Shown here: piece by piece, positions 30,087-38,925 of the stretch
Layout of the letters: each line of letters starts with the position of its first letter
Position numbering within the stretch: the first letter of the stretch is position 1
Source of the DNA: Chitinophagales bacterium
GTDB taxonomy: Bacteria > Bacteroidota > Bacteroidia > Chitinophagales > CAIOSU01
Reading direction: 5' to 3'
NCBI GenBank assembly: GCA_033762815.1
Contig: JANRLF010000006.1
Location: forward strand, 71,631-135,630
DNA length: 64,000 bases
Notes under the pieces: model-generated
Told to the model about the DNA's origin: nothing
What the model saw: only the letters and a program-made list of their open reading frames with translations
Database searches by the model: none
Program-made: the position numbers and the translations under genes

Positions 30087-30266
30087 ATGAAAAATTTTTA
30101 TTTAGTACAAAGGTCTGTACAGCCTATAAGTCAAGATGCAGCATACTTAAGTATCAGATCTGGTAGAATTGATATTGCTACAACAGGTAGCAATTCAAAA
30201 ATGCTAGTTGGAACAATATGTCTTTGCCTGTTGATTGCAACAATTGCGCACGTAAGTAAAAAGTAA
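30087..30266 (+). CDS. Small hypothetical protein with a C-terminal TM helix (59 aa; not in the ORF track)
   Basis: MKNFYLVQRS...MLVGTICLCLLIATIAHVSKK; AT-rich start context; fills the gap between yegP and the next ORF. Confidence 0.5.
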   Translation: MKNFYLVQRSVQPISQDAAYLSIRSGRIDIATTGSNSKMLVGTICLCLLIATIAHVSKK

Positions 30267-30292
30267 TTTAATAAGTCTAAAAACGAAAAATT

Positions 30293-30466
30293 ATGGCTAA
30301 AAACAAACCCACAGGGGACGGACATCGCATAGGTGCTGTTCGTAATCGCTCACAAGTCTTTAACCCAAAAACTGAACAGTATGTGAAACGTGACACTACT
30401 ACTGGCAGGTTCATAGACGTTAAAACCAGTGGAGGCCCATTTAAAGGTGTAAGAAAAGAGAAGTAA
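30293..30466 (+). CDS. Small basic protein (57 aa; not in the ORF track)
   Basis: MAKNKPTGDGHRIGAVRNRSQVFNPKTEQYVKRDTTTGRFIDVKTSGGPFKGVRKEK, followed by a strong hairpin. Confidence 0.8.
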   Translation: MAKNKPTGDGHRIGAVRNRSQVFNPKTEQYVKRDTTTGRFIDVKTSGGPFKGVRKEK

Positions 30467-30476
30467 AGTAAGGAGA

Positions 30477-30510
30477 GTGAGAGGCTTCAAATAGAAGCCT
30501 CTCACCATTT
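30477..30510 (+). terminator. Terminator hairpin
   Basis: GTGAGAGGCTTC-AAATA-GAAGCCTCTCAC, a perfect 12-bp stem. Confidence 0.75.
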
Positions 30511-30626
30511 GTTAATTTTTCCCCCTTGTTCCAAGTAGATAAGCTGCGCTAATTGACTCGCAACGGGGGGAATAATAACAGCTTTTTCTTAAATAACTCC
30601 CTCTGAAACTAAAACATAGTTGGAGC

Positions 30627-31472
30627 ATGGATGGAAAAATCAACGCCTTTATTCTGATAGCTTTTGCCGTTGCTATGGCTATATACGGCATGGGTGAGGC
30701 GTATCATTCATTTAGGCTGTTTTATGTAGGCAAAATGGTGGAATTGGAAGTAGAAAGTTGCCGCGAGATGCCTGGGGGTCGTTATTCTAATCCCTATACT
30801 TTAATTAAAGCGAAAGGTTTTGATGAAAGTATCAAATTAGTGGAGTTTGAGTGCTATTCTATAGGGAAGTGTTTAATGTTTAAGTACGTGCCTGGTATGG
30901 GTATACGACGGGTTTATAGCAAATCGCTGGCGAGGCAGATTTACACAGAAATTAAAGCCAACCTTAGCATGGCGGTTATGAGCCTTCCCTTTGTTATGTA
31001 TGGCTTTATACAATTTGTAAAACGGGGAAGGCAAAAGTTCATGGTAGTGTATCGCAGGGCGCGTGCAAGCTACAGCATTAGAAGCAACATTGGTGTGTAT
31101 CAGCTTATAAACCGCAATTTATTTATAACTTATCAACTGCTGCCAAGTATAATGATTGTGTACATAAATTGGATATTACTGCTAAAAGTTGGGCAGGGCT
31201 TGTTGTTGGTTGAAGGCGTAAATTCGTTTCTTTGTGGGTGCCTAATGGCCTTATACCTGTGTTACCTGTTTCTGCTTTCTCCTTATTTAATTGAGTGGCT
31301 TTATGAGTTAAAATTTGGCAACAATGAATATGTTGTTTTATTACGTACAGGTGTACAAATAGTATTGCTGTTATACTTTATGGTCACCCTTACTCGGTCA
31401 TTATTGCTTGATGGGGTTACATTTAAGCTTACCACGGATAATTTTTTAGAGTTTTTAGGTGTACATATGTAG
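30627..31472 (+). CDS. Hypothetical membrane protein
   Basis: 281-aa ORF with several TM helices. Confidence 0.65.
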   Translation: MDGKINAFILIAFAVAMAIYGMGEAYHSFRLFYVGKMVELEVESCREMPGGRYSNPYTLIKAKGFDESIKLVEFECYSIGKCLMFKYVPGMGIRRVYSKSLARQIYTEIKANLSMAVMSLPFVMYGFIQFVKRGRQKFMVVYRRARASYSIRSNIGVYQLINRNLFITYQLLPSIMIVYINWILLLKVGQGLLLVEGVNSFLCGCLMALYLCYLFLLSPYLIEWLYELKFGNNEYVVLLRTGVQIVLLLYFMVTLTRSLLLDGVTFKLTTDNFLEFLGVHM

Positions 31473-31686
31473 CCTACCCACTGTTGTGCCTAGCTTTCAG
31501 CTAAGTACAACTAGTATGGTAGCTTACAGCTACCTTCCGTAAGGAACCCCGCCGAATGATATTTACCCCCACCCAACCATCACCACATCGCCCCAAAAAA
31601 AACCACCCACCGAACACCTACCCACTGCATGCTGGCCGGGGCACATTTCAGGTCGCTAGCTACCCTAGCCTGCCACTGAGCATATA

Positions 31687-31812
31687 CCCATTTACCCATT
31701 TTTTGATTTGGATTATTCGCACTAAGTGCTTACCATTGATAATGTGCTGATGTGCTAATGTGCTGGTGTGCTGGTGTGCTGATTGATTTGAAAATTTGGT
31801 GATTTGGAAATT
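31687..31812. repeat. Repeat block A (8-bp TGTGCTGR/ATTTG microrepeats); inverted copy at 48253-48365
   Basis: CCCATTTACCCATTTTTTGATTTGG...GCACTAAGTGCTTACCATT is the reverse complement of 48315-48364. Confidence 0.9.
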
Positions 31813-31865
31813 TTTAGTCCCTCTCCCCGGCGTGTGTCTGTGGGAAGGCAGGGAGAGGAACTGAG

Positions 31866-32037
31866 GAAAAAACAAAAAAACACACTCATTTTAACAGAAA
31901 TTACTGACAATCAATAAACTAATGCAAACTGAAGTACTACTGAAGTACCACTGAAGTATCACCGAAATACTACTGAAACTATACTGAAGTACTACTGAAA
32001 CATCACTGAAGTACTACCGAAATACTACCGAAACAGC
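31866..32037 (+). repeat. Module 1: A-tract leader, 9 x 11-bp units (GAAGTACTACT-like) and GAAACAGC
   Basis: Units start at 31931, 31942 ... 32019. Confidence 0.95.
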
Positions 32038-32160
32038 TTTTTTGATGCTTCAATGAATTTGGAAATTTGGTGATTTGAAAATTTGAAAATGGCAAAGTGC
32101 AATTGTAAATCTGAAATCGTAAATCGTAAATCCCTCTACTTTCTACCCTCTACGAAAAGA

Positions 32161-32329
32161 GAAAAAACAAAAAAACACACTTTTTACACAACACATTGAT
32201 AAACACCCAATTAATAAGATTTGAACTACCTGCGAGATACCCTTGAACACCCCTTGAAGCACCTGCGAGATACCCTTGAAGTACCCGCGAACACCCCTTG
32301 AACTACCTGCGAAATACCTGCGAAACGGC
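32161..32329 (+). repeat. Module 2: A-tract leader, 9 x 11-bp units (GAACTACCTGC/GAACACCCCTT-like) and GAAACGGC
   Basis: Units start at 32223, 32234 ... 32311. Confidence 0.95.
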
Positions 32330-32555
32330 TTTTTTAAGCAAAATCCAGTTTCGGGCATGGGGAACAATCTCCCGTAGCTGGGATGGCTATGGTAGTTAAT
32401 CCACAAGCTTCCATGATGTTGGTTAAGATACGTTTTTAGGGATTGTATAAAATAGCTGAACCGCAGGAGATTAATTATTTATTTAAACCGTAACTACTTG
32501 ATGGCATTAATATTGATTGAGTATTTGCCTAATTCTAACCCAAAAACAACCAATT

Positions 32556-32762
32556 ATGGCTGACAGGAATCAAAATACCGGCGGACAAGGTAATCAAGGC
32601 AATACCGGCCGTCAAGGACAACAAGGCCAAGGTGGCCAACAAGGACAAGGTGGTCAACAAGGCCAAAAAGGCAACCAACCCGGCCAAAGGGAACGTGAAA
32701 TGGACCAAGATTTGGACCAAGACGCTGATACCAACACCGGTGGTGCTGGCCGTGCATTGTAA
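32556..32762 (+). CDS. Small Gln/Gly-rich low-complexity protein
   Basis: MADRNQNTGGQGNQG...GQQGQGGQQGQGGQQGQKG...DQDLDQDAD; A-rich start context. Confidence 0.7.
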   Translation: MADRNQNTGGQGNQGNTGRQGQQGQGGQQGQGGQQGQKGNQPGQREREMDQDLDQDADTNTGGAGRAL

Positions 32763-32838
32763 CTTGTAAGCTATAATGCCGACCTTAAATACCAAACAAA
32801 GCTTTGACAAATTATCAAAGCAGTAAAAACCGACAAGA

Positions 32839-32864
32839 ATAGCCCATCATATATGATGGGCTAT
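32839..32864. terminator. Perfect palindrome between convergent genes
   Basis: ATAGCCCATCATATATGATGGGCTAT. Confidence 0.7.
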
Positions 32865-32869
32865 CTCTA

Positions 32870-33568
32870 TTAGTGGCACTTTCCTTTGCCCATTTCAATA
32901 CCATTGATTTTTGGGCTGATGTAAGGAATACCAAGGTTTAAACCCCTGAAAATGAACATTACCGCAAATACGAGCATAAAAACGGGTATCAGTTTGCGCG
33001 CCGACGACTTAATGCGTGTACCGGCAATACTGCCCAGCATGGCTACACTGAACATTAATGGTATAGTGCCCAAACCAAACAAAGCCATATAGGCCGCGCC
33101 CATAAGCGGTGTACCCATATGGATAGCCCCCAAAATGCCCACATATACAAAGCCGCAGGGCAAAAGGCCATTTAATAGGCCAATGTAGAATAGCGAGGCT
33201 TGGCTGTTGTGCTTCAAAAACCTGCCTAGAATAGCGGCTACCCTAGCCTGCAACCATCGCAGGGGAGGTAGTTTGTTCAGTAGCCGTTCAGGGTTGGCCG
33301 AGGTGATGGCCACCACGAGCAGCAAAATACCCAAGCCGATAGATACCCATTGCTGTACACCTGCTATGGCAAAGCCCTTGCCCATAAGGCCAAAAATGCC
33401 ACCCAAAAAGCTATAGGTAACCGTTCTGCCCAAATTATAGAGCAGTCGGCTATTGGCCATGGCCCAACGGGTACTAAAGCCGCCAGGCAATGCCAAGGCG
33501 ATGGGCCCGCACATGCCCACGCAGTGTAAGCTACCTACCAACCCTATGGCTAATGCGGTCCAAAGCAT
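32870..33568 (-). CDS. Sulfite exporter TauE/SafE (DsbD_2) family cbb3 accessory protein
   Basis: GSLHCVGMCGP, YNLGR, GLLPCGFVY and FGLGT motifs. Confidence 0.92.
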   Translation of the reverse strand: MLWTALAIGLVGSLHCVGMCGPIALALPGGFSTRWAMANSRLLYNLGRTVTYSFLGGIFGLMGKGFAIAGVQQWVSIGLGILLLVVAITSANPERLLNKLPPLRWLQARVAAILGRFLKHNSQASLFYIGLLNGLLPCGFVYVGILGAIHMGTPLMGAAYMALFGLGTIPLMFSVAMLGSIAGTRIKSSARKLIPVFMLVFAVMFIFRGLNLGIPYISPKINGIEMGKGKCH

Positions 33569-34005
33569 CAGTTGATATGGATGACCTGTTCATCGAAATA
33601 GGCTATGCCATCGCACTCCCAGCTAACCTGCACCTTCCAGTTGCCCTTTGCCATGCCAGCGGTATTCACTACTTGCTGATGGGCCTCGTCCATAAGTATC
33701 GGTACTTGTTGATCCTTACTGGCATCGGCGGGCCGGTACATCTTCACCGTGCCGTTTACCGACTTTTTGTCTTTGGGAAACTTGAGCACCACTTCCTGCT
33801 TGCTACAGCTTATTTGCAGCTTTTCCTTTAGCTGCTGGCTATTCTGTTGCTCGTTGATACGCTGCTGGTAGTTGATTTCCTGTTGGTAGTAATCTTTCGT
33901 TACCAAGTTAAAATCCTCTTGGGAGGAACGGATCACCAATGCGAGCATTCCTATGGCAAATGAACCGTACAACAAAGCTATTTTATATCCCCAGTGAAAA
34001 TTCAT
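33568..34005 (-). CDS. ccoH: FixH family protein
   Basis: WG..I..., LVTKDYYQQE and YRPAD motifs; position in the cco cluster. Confidence 0.88.
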   Translation of the reverse strand: MNFHWGYKIALLYGSFAIGMLALVIRSSQEDFNLVTKDYYQQEINYQQRINEQQNSQQLKEKLQISCSKQEVVLKFPKDKKSVNGTVKMYRPADASKDQQVPILMDEAHQQVVNTAGMAKGNWKVQVSWECDGIAYFDEQVIHIN

Positions 34006-34016
34006 GTTACTATGTT

Positions 34017-35426
34017 TTAAAAAGGTCCTAAAAATGAAGTTTTTACTTCGTCCAACTGCTTGCCGTTGGAATAGATGCCGATACGGATTGGCGTACTATG
34101 TCCTTCTAAATCCTTAGCATCCAATTCAACAAAAAAGGAAGTTTTGGCCATATCCTGACTTTTCAAAACCAAGGAATCGCCGATGAGCTTGATTTTGCCC
34201 GGCTTATTGAGCAATCTCACCTCCAATGGGTACTGGCGCATGGTTTTATTCACCACTTGTATATTGTACAAGTTGGTATAAACCCCTGGGCTCGGCTTTT
34301 GGTACAACATGCCTGGTGTGCGCAGCACGGTGGTCTGCACATCGCTTCTGGTAGCCAAAGAGAAGCCCAATACCCCTAGCAACAAACAAAGCACAAGGCT
34401 GTAAGACGCCATACGCAAAGTGAACTTGAAGGGCTTTTTCTGCGCTATCATATTGTAAGAAGCATAGCGAATCAAACCCGTCGGTCTGTTCACTTTCTCC
34501 ATTATACTATCGCAGGCATCAATACAAGCGGTACAGTTTACGCACTCCAGTTGCGTACCGTTGCGTATATCTATACCTGTCGGGCATACATGGACGCATA
34601 AGGCGCAGTCAATACAATCGCCTGTAATTTTAATGGGCTCCTCGGTGGGGTCTTTGGCTTTTTTCAGTTTACCACGTGGCTCGCCCCGTACAAAGTCGTA
34701 GGCTACCACTATGCTGTCCCTGTCCAACATTACGCCCTGTAAACGGCCATAAGGGCAGATGGTGGTGCATACTTGCTCGCGCAAATAGGCAAACACGAAG
34801 TAAAAGACGAAGGAAAAGACCAACATGCCAATGAACCCGGCCAGGTGGTCCAGCGGGGAATGCGTAATGATATCGATAATCCGTTCCGAGCCAATGAGGT
34901 AAGCTAGGAAGGTGTTTCCGATAAGAAAGGAAATGAGGTAAAAAATACTGTGCTTTGAAATGCGCTTAATGGCCTTTTCCCTGTTCCATGCTTGAGCCGC
35001 CAACTTGCGTTGTTGGCCAGCATCACCGTCAATCCAGTATTCGATGCGCCTGAAAAGCATCTCCATAAAGATGGTCTGTGGACATACCCAACCGCAGAAA
35101 AGGCGACCATAAACTACCGTAAACAGAATGATGAACAGGATAAAGGCCAGCATGCTGAGGCCGAACATCCAAAAATCTTGGGGCCAAAACGTGATGCCAA
35201 AGATGACAAACTTTCGGTCAAGCACGCCGAGCAACAACAGGGGCTGGCCGTTAATCCTAATCCAAGGGCCCGCAAACAGAAACGTCAGCAAGAAATAACT
35301 GAGGATACTTCTCCAACGGAAGAACTTGCCCAGTTGTTTTTTGGGGAAAATCCAGACCCGCTTTCCTTTATCATCGACGGTAGAGATATGGTCCCTAAAC
35401 GACTCATCATACAACTCCTGCTCCAT
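34017..35426 (-). CDS. ccoG: Cytochrome c oxidase accessory protein CcoG
   Basis: FCGWVCPQT, CPYGRLQ, CIDCALCVHVCPTGIDIR and CVNCTACIDAC motifs. Confidence 0.97.
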   Translation of the reverse strand: MEQELYDESFRDHISTVDDKGKRVWIFPKKQLGKFFRWRSILSYFLLTFLFAGPWIRINGQPLLLLGVLDRKFVIFGITFWPQDFWMFGLSMLAFILFIILFTVVYGRLFCGWVCPQTIFMEMLFRRIEYWIDGDAGQQRKLAAQAWNREKAIKRISKHSIFYLISFLIGNTFLAYLIGSERIIDIITHSPLDHLAGFIGMLVFSFVFYFVFAYLREQVCTTICPYGRLQGVMLDRDSIVVAYDFVRGEPRGKLKKAKDPTEEPIKITGDCIDCALCVHVCPTGIDIRNGTQLECVNCTACIDACDSIMEKVNRPTGLIRYASYNMIAQKKPFKFTLRMASYSLVLCLLLGVLGFSLATRSDVQTTVLRTPGMLYQKPSPGVYTNLYNIQVVNKTMRQYPLEVRLLNKPGKIKLIGDSLVLKSQDMAKTSFFVELDAKDLEGHSTPIRIGIYSNGKQLDEVKTSFLGPF

Positions 35427-35458
35427 GGCTCAACTATTTTCTGGCTAATACTGAAGGC

Positions 35459-36418
35459 TTATTTCTTTGCGGCTGCCGATGAATCTGATACTTGTGTGGC
35501 AGTACTATCTGTACCTGTTGGCTTCACTTCTTCCTTCCATACATCGCCCTGTGGTGCTTTGGCATTGGCAGGGTTGCTACCGTGCAATGTTAGGATATAG
35601 CTTGATACCTGTTGAATTTTGGCGGGTGTAAGCTGGCTTTCCCATGCAATCATCCCTTTAGCAGGCACGCCATACTTCACTGTTTTGAAAACATTTTGGA
35701 TACCGCCTCCATGCAGCCAATAATCGTCGGTCAGATTGGGGCCTACATTACCTTCGCCATTCTGCCCGTGGCACGATGCACAATAGGTGATATAGGTGGT
35801 TTTGCCAGTTTGAAGGCTGGCCGCATCGGACATGGCAACAACGGTACTCTCATCCACATTATCAGCCTGTTTGGCCAAATAAGCTTGTTTGGATATTTGA
35901 GCTGCCGCCACTTCGGCCTCATAATCTTCTATATCGGTAGTGCCGCCACCGCCCATATGGAAGTAGTAAAGGAAGAAGATGGAAAAGGCAATGGTAGCAT
36001 AAAACATGGCCGTCCACCAAGGCGGCAAGTTGTTGTCCAGTTCCCTGATACCATCATAGTCGTGGCCCAAGTCAATGGAAGCCTCCTCGGTAACCGGTAC
36101 TGCATCGTTGATGGCCTTATCCAAAGAACGTAGGATTTTGTCAGCAAAGTCCTCTTTAGGGGCCGGCTCCACGTAGGTACCGTTTGCCTTTTGGTATTGT
36201 ATGCGCATGATTTCGCTCATAATGGTTACCAAACGTGCCATAATGACCAAGGCTGCCAGTATAATGATACCAGCTATAATGTAAAGGGTATTGAGCAGCA
36301 TCATATGATGCGATTCTGGCGCAGTGGCAGCAGCATCGGTAGCAGCTTGGGCCAGTAAAGTCCCTGATGGCAGTATGTTAGCCAGCACAAGGAAGAAAAA
36401 CACCGTTATCTTTTTCAT
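35459..36418 (-). CDS. ccoP: cbb3-type oxidase subunit III (monoheme)
   Basis: HDYDGIRELDNNLPPWW, CASCH and GPNLTD motifs. Confidence 0.95.
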   Translation of the reverse strand: MKKITVFFFLVLANILPSGTLLAQAATDAAATAPESHHMMLLNTLYIIAGIIILAALVIMARLVTIMSEIMRIQYQKANGTYVEPAPKEDFADKILRSLDKAINDAVPVTEEASIDLGHDYDGIRELDNNLPPWWTAMFYATIAFSIFFLYYFHMGGGGTTDIEDYEAEVAAAQISKQAYLAKQADNVDESTVVAMSDAASLQTGKTTYITYCASCHGQNGEGNVGPNLTDDYWLHGGGIQNVFKTVKYGVPAKGMIAWESQLTPAKIQQVSSYILTLHGSNPANAKAPQGDVWKEEVKPTGTDSTATQVSDSSAAAKK

Positions 36419-36609
36419 TTCGATGAATTTAATGTGGTTTCATGATTGGTTCCGTCAGTAAGTGGTATGTTGGCCATTTCATCGTGGCTGCTTTTCCCAA
36501 CGCTCATTACCCTGATGACGACAATGAGGAAAAACACAAAGAATATGGCCAAAGAGATTACCGGAAATATCTCTATATCAGCTATGGAGCGCAATACTTC
36601 TTTATACAT
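36415..36609 (-). CDS. ccoQ: cbb3-type oxidase subunit CcoQ
   Basis: Single-TM small ORF between ccoNO and ccoP. Confidence 0.88.
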   Translation of the reverse strand: MYKEVLRSIADIEIFPVISLAIFFVFFLIVVIRVMSVGKSSHDEMANIPLTDGTNHETTLNSSK

Positions 36610-36611
36610 GG

Positions 36612-38753
36612 CTATTGGTTTTGGGCGGTGGTGGAAGGATTGGCTTTCTTAATATCAGTGCCAAGACGCTGCAGGTAGGCAATAAGGGCAATGATTTCCT
36701 TATCGCGCTTCACCTCAATTTCTACCGACTTCAAACTGGCCACTATCTTATCGGCCTGTTGGTCCAAGTCATTGTTCGCTTGGTTTTCGTAACCTTCGGC
36801 ATAAGGTACGCCCAAAGTGCGCATAGCCTTGATTTTCTTAGGTGTACTTGCATAATTGATGCTCTGTGTGAACAACCATGGGTAAGAGGGCATCAATGAA
36901 CCTGGCGACATGCTTTGCGGGTCGAACATATGGTTGTAGTGCCATGAATCGGGATACTTACCGCCAAGGCGATGCAAATCAGGCCCGGTACGTTTCGAAC
37001 CCCATTGGAAGGGATGGTCATACACAAACTCACCTGCCTTTGAGTACTCCCCATACCGTTCCGTTTCAGAGCGGAATGGGCGTACCATTTGCGAGTGGCA
37101 GGTGTAGCAGCCCTCGCGCACATAGATATCTCGACCCTGCAGCTCAAGCGGCGTATAAGGCTGTACGGAAGCAATTTGCGGGATATTCGACTTAATCATA
37201 AAAGTAGGAATCATTTCCACGATGCCACCGATAAGGATGACAATCAAGCTCAACACCAACATCTGTATAGGGCGGCGCTCAATCCAGCGGTGCCAATAGT
37301 GGTCATGGATTACCACATTTTTTACCAAGGCAGGTGCCTCTGACTCCTCATTGGCGATAAAGCGGCCTTGTGCGGCAGTTTTCCACAGGTTATAAATCAT
37401 CAGGAAAGTACCGGCAAGGAATAGGAAGCCACCGGCAGCACGCATTTGGTACATGGGCACTAACCTGATAACCGTTTCGAGGAAGTTAGGATACTTCAGA
37501 AAACCTTCAGGGGTAAACTCCTTCCACATCAAACTTTGGGTAAAGCCTGCCCAATACATCGGTATGGCATAGAAAAGGATAGCCATAGTGCCAGTCCAGA
37601 AGTGCCAATTGGCCAACTTTTTGGAAAACAAGGTAGTACCCCACATTTTGGGCACCAGCCAATAAAGTATGCCGAAGGTAAGGAAGCCGTTCCAGCCCAA
37701 AGCACCTACATGCACGTGTGCGATGGTCCAGTCGGTATAGTGGCTGATGGCATTGACTGATTTGATAGAAAGCATGGGGCCTTCGAAAGTGGCCATACCA
37801 TAAGCAGTTACCGCCACTACTAGAAATTTCAATACCGGCTCTTCGCGCACCTTGTCCCAGGCACCGCGCAAGGTCAACAAGCCGTTCAACATACCGCCCC
37901 ATGATGGTGCTATCAGCATTAACGAGAATACCATGCCCAATGATTGGGCCCATTCAGGCAAGGCGGTGAACAACAAGTGGTGCGGACCTGCCCAAATGTA
38001 TATAAATATCAATGCCCAAAAGTGGATGATACTCAAGCGATAGGAATACACTGGCCTATTGGCAGCCTTCGGCAAGAAGTAATACATCAAGCCCAAGTAA
38101 GGTGTGGTCAAAAAGAAAGCCACCGCATTGTGCCCATACCACCACTGCACCAAGGCATCCTGTACACCTGCATAGATGGGGTAACTTTTCAAAAATGAGA
38201 CCGGAAGCTCCAATGAATTGACAATGTGCAAAACGGCCACTGTAATCCAGGTAGCGATATAGAACCACACGGCTACATACAAATGCCGCTCGCGACGCTT
38301 GATGATGGTACCGAACATATTTATACCAAACACTACCCATACCAAGGTGATGGCAATGTCAATGGGCCATTCCAATTCGGCATACTCTTTACCGGTGGTA
38401 AAACCGAAAAGAAGGGTTACCGCCGCTGCAACAATAATGAGCTGCCAGCCCCAAAAATGGATTCGGCTAAGCACATCGCTAAACATGCGTGCCTTCATGA
38501 GCCGTTGCAACGAATAATATACGCCCATAAAGATACCGTTGCCCACAAAGGCAAAAATCACCGCATTGGTATGCAGGGGCCTCAGCCTTCCAAAGCCAGT
38601 CTGCGGAATGCCAAGGCTAAAATGGGGAGCAAACATCTGGATGGCCGCTATTACGCCCACCAGCATGCCCACTGCCCCCCACAGCATTACCGCTATCGCA
38701 AAATTGCGCACGATAGCGTTATCGTAACTAAATTTTTCCGTATTGGTGTTCAT
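36612..38753 (-). CDS. ccoN: Fused cbb3-type oxidase subunits I/II (CcoN-CcoO)
   Basis: RLRPLHT, WWYGHNAV, WAGPHH and HVH, then EGCYTCHSQM...WGSKRTGPDL. Confidence 0.98.
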   Translation of the reverse strand: MNTNTEKFSYDNAIVRNFAIAVMLWGAVGMLVGVIAAIQMFAPHFSLGIPQTGFGRLRPLHTNAVIFAFVGNGIFMGVYYSLQRLMKARMFSDVLSRIHFWGWQLIIVAAAVTLLFGFTTGKEYAELEWPIDIAITLVWVVFGINMFGTIIKRRERHLYVAVWFYIATWITVAVLHIVNSLELPVSFLKSYPIYAGVQDALVQWWYGHNAVAFFLTTPYLGLMYYFLPKAANRPVYSYRLSIIHFWALIFIYIWAGPHHLLFTALPEWAQSLGMVFSLMLIAPSWGGMLNGLLTLRGAWDKVREEPVLKFLVVAVTAYGMATFEGPMLSIKSVNAISHYTDWTIAHVHVGALGWNGFLTFGILYWLVPKMWGTTLFSKKLANWHFWTGTMAILFYAIPMYWAGFTQSLMWKEFTPEGFLKYPNFLETVIRLVPMYQMRAAGGFLFLAGTFLMIYNLWKTAAQGRFIANEESEAPALVKNVVIHDHYWHRWIERRPIQMLVLSLIVILIGGIVEMIPTFMIKSNIPQIASVQPYTPLELQGRDIYVREGCYTCHSQMVRPFRSETERYGEYSKAGEFVYDHPFQWGSKRTGPDLHRLGGKYPDSWHYNHMFDPQSMSPGSLMPSYPWLFTQSINYASTPKKIKAMRTLGVPYAEGYENQANNDLDQQADKIVASLKSVEIEVKRDKEIIALIAYLQRLGTDIKKANPSTTAQNQ

Positions 38754-38755
38754 GT

Positions 38756-38923
38756 TCAAGATTTATGTGTGTTATCAGATGGTTTATCGTTATCGAAAAG
38801 TATCCTAACAGAAGGGGTATATGAATCCTTATACTGCCCGTTGCGCACCGACCATAGGAAGGCTACGAGAAAGCCTACCGCTACTATCAAGCTGATGATG
38901 ATCAAAACGAATATTGCAGTCAT
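38756..38923 (-). CDS. ccoS: cbb3 oxidase assembly protein CcoS (55 aa; not in the ORF track)
   Basis: MTAIFVLIIISLIVAVGFLVAFLWSVRNGQYKDSYTPSVRILFD. Confidence 0.92.
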   Translation of the reverse strand: MTAIFVLIIISLIVAVGFLVAFLWSVRNGQYKDSYTPSVRILFDNDKPSDNTHKS

Positions 38924-38925
38924 GG

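Noticed and set aside
28000-31500. Prophage or integrative element
   Set aside because: No integrase, att duplication, tRNA target or structural genes were seen. Kept only as an AT-rich islet.
31931-32329. CRISPR array or other repeat-spacer guide array
   Set aside because: Units are contiguous 11-mers with no unique spacers, and no cas or other nuclease gene is nearby.
32143-32406. ORF PFRRYFAGSSRG..., also at 47756-48199, as a duplicated protein
   Set aside because: It is a translation of the DNA repeat. The two N-termini are unrelated, and the equivalent frame of module 1 has an immediate stop (CTG TTT CGG TAG).
36612-38753. ccoN-ccoO fusion as a novelty
   Set aside because: This fusion is the usual arrangement in Bacteroidota.
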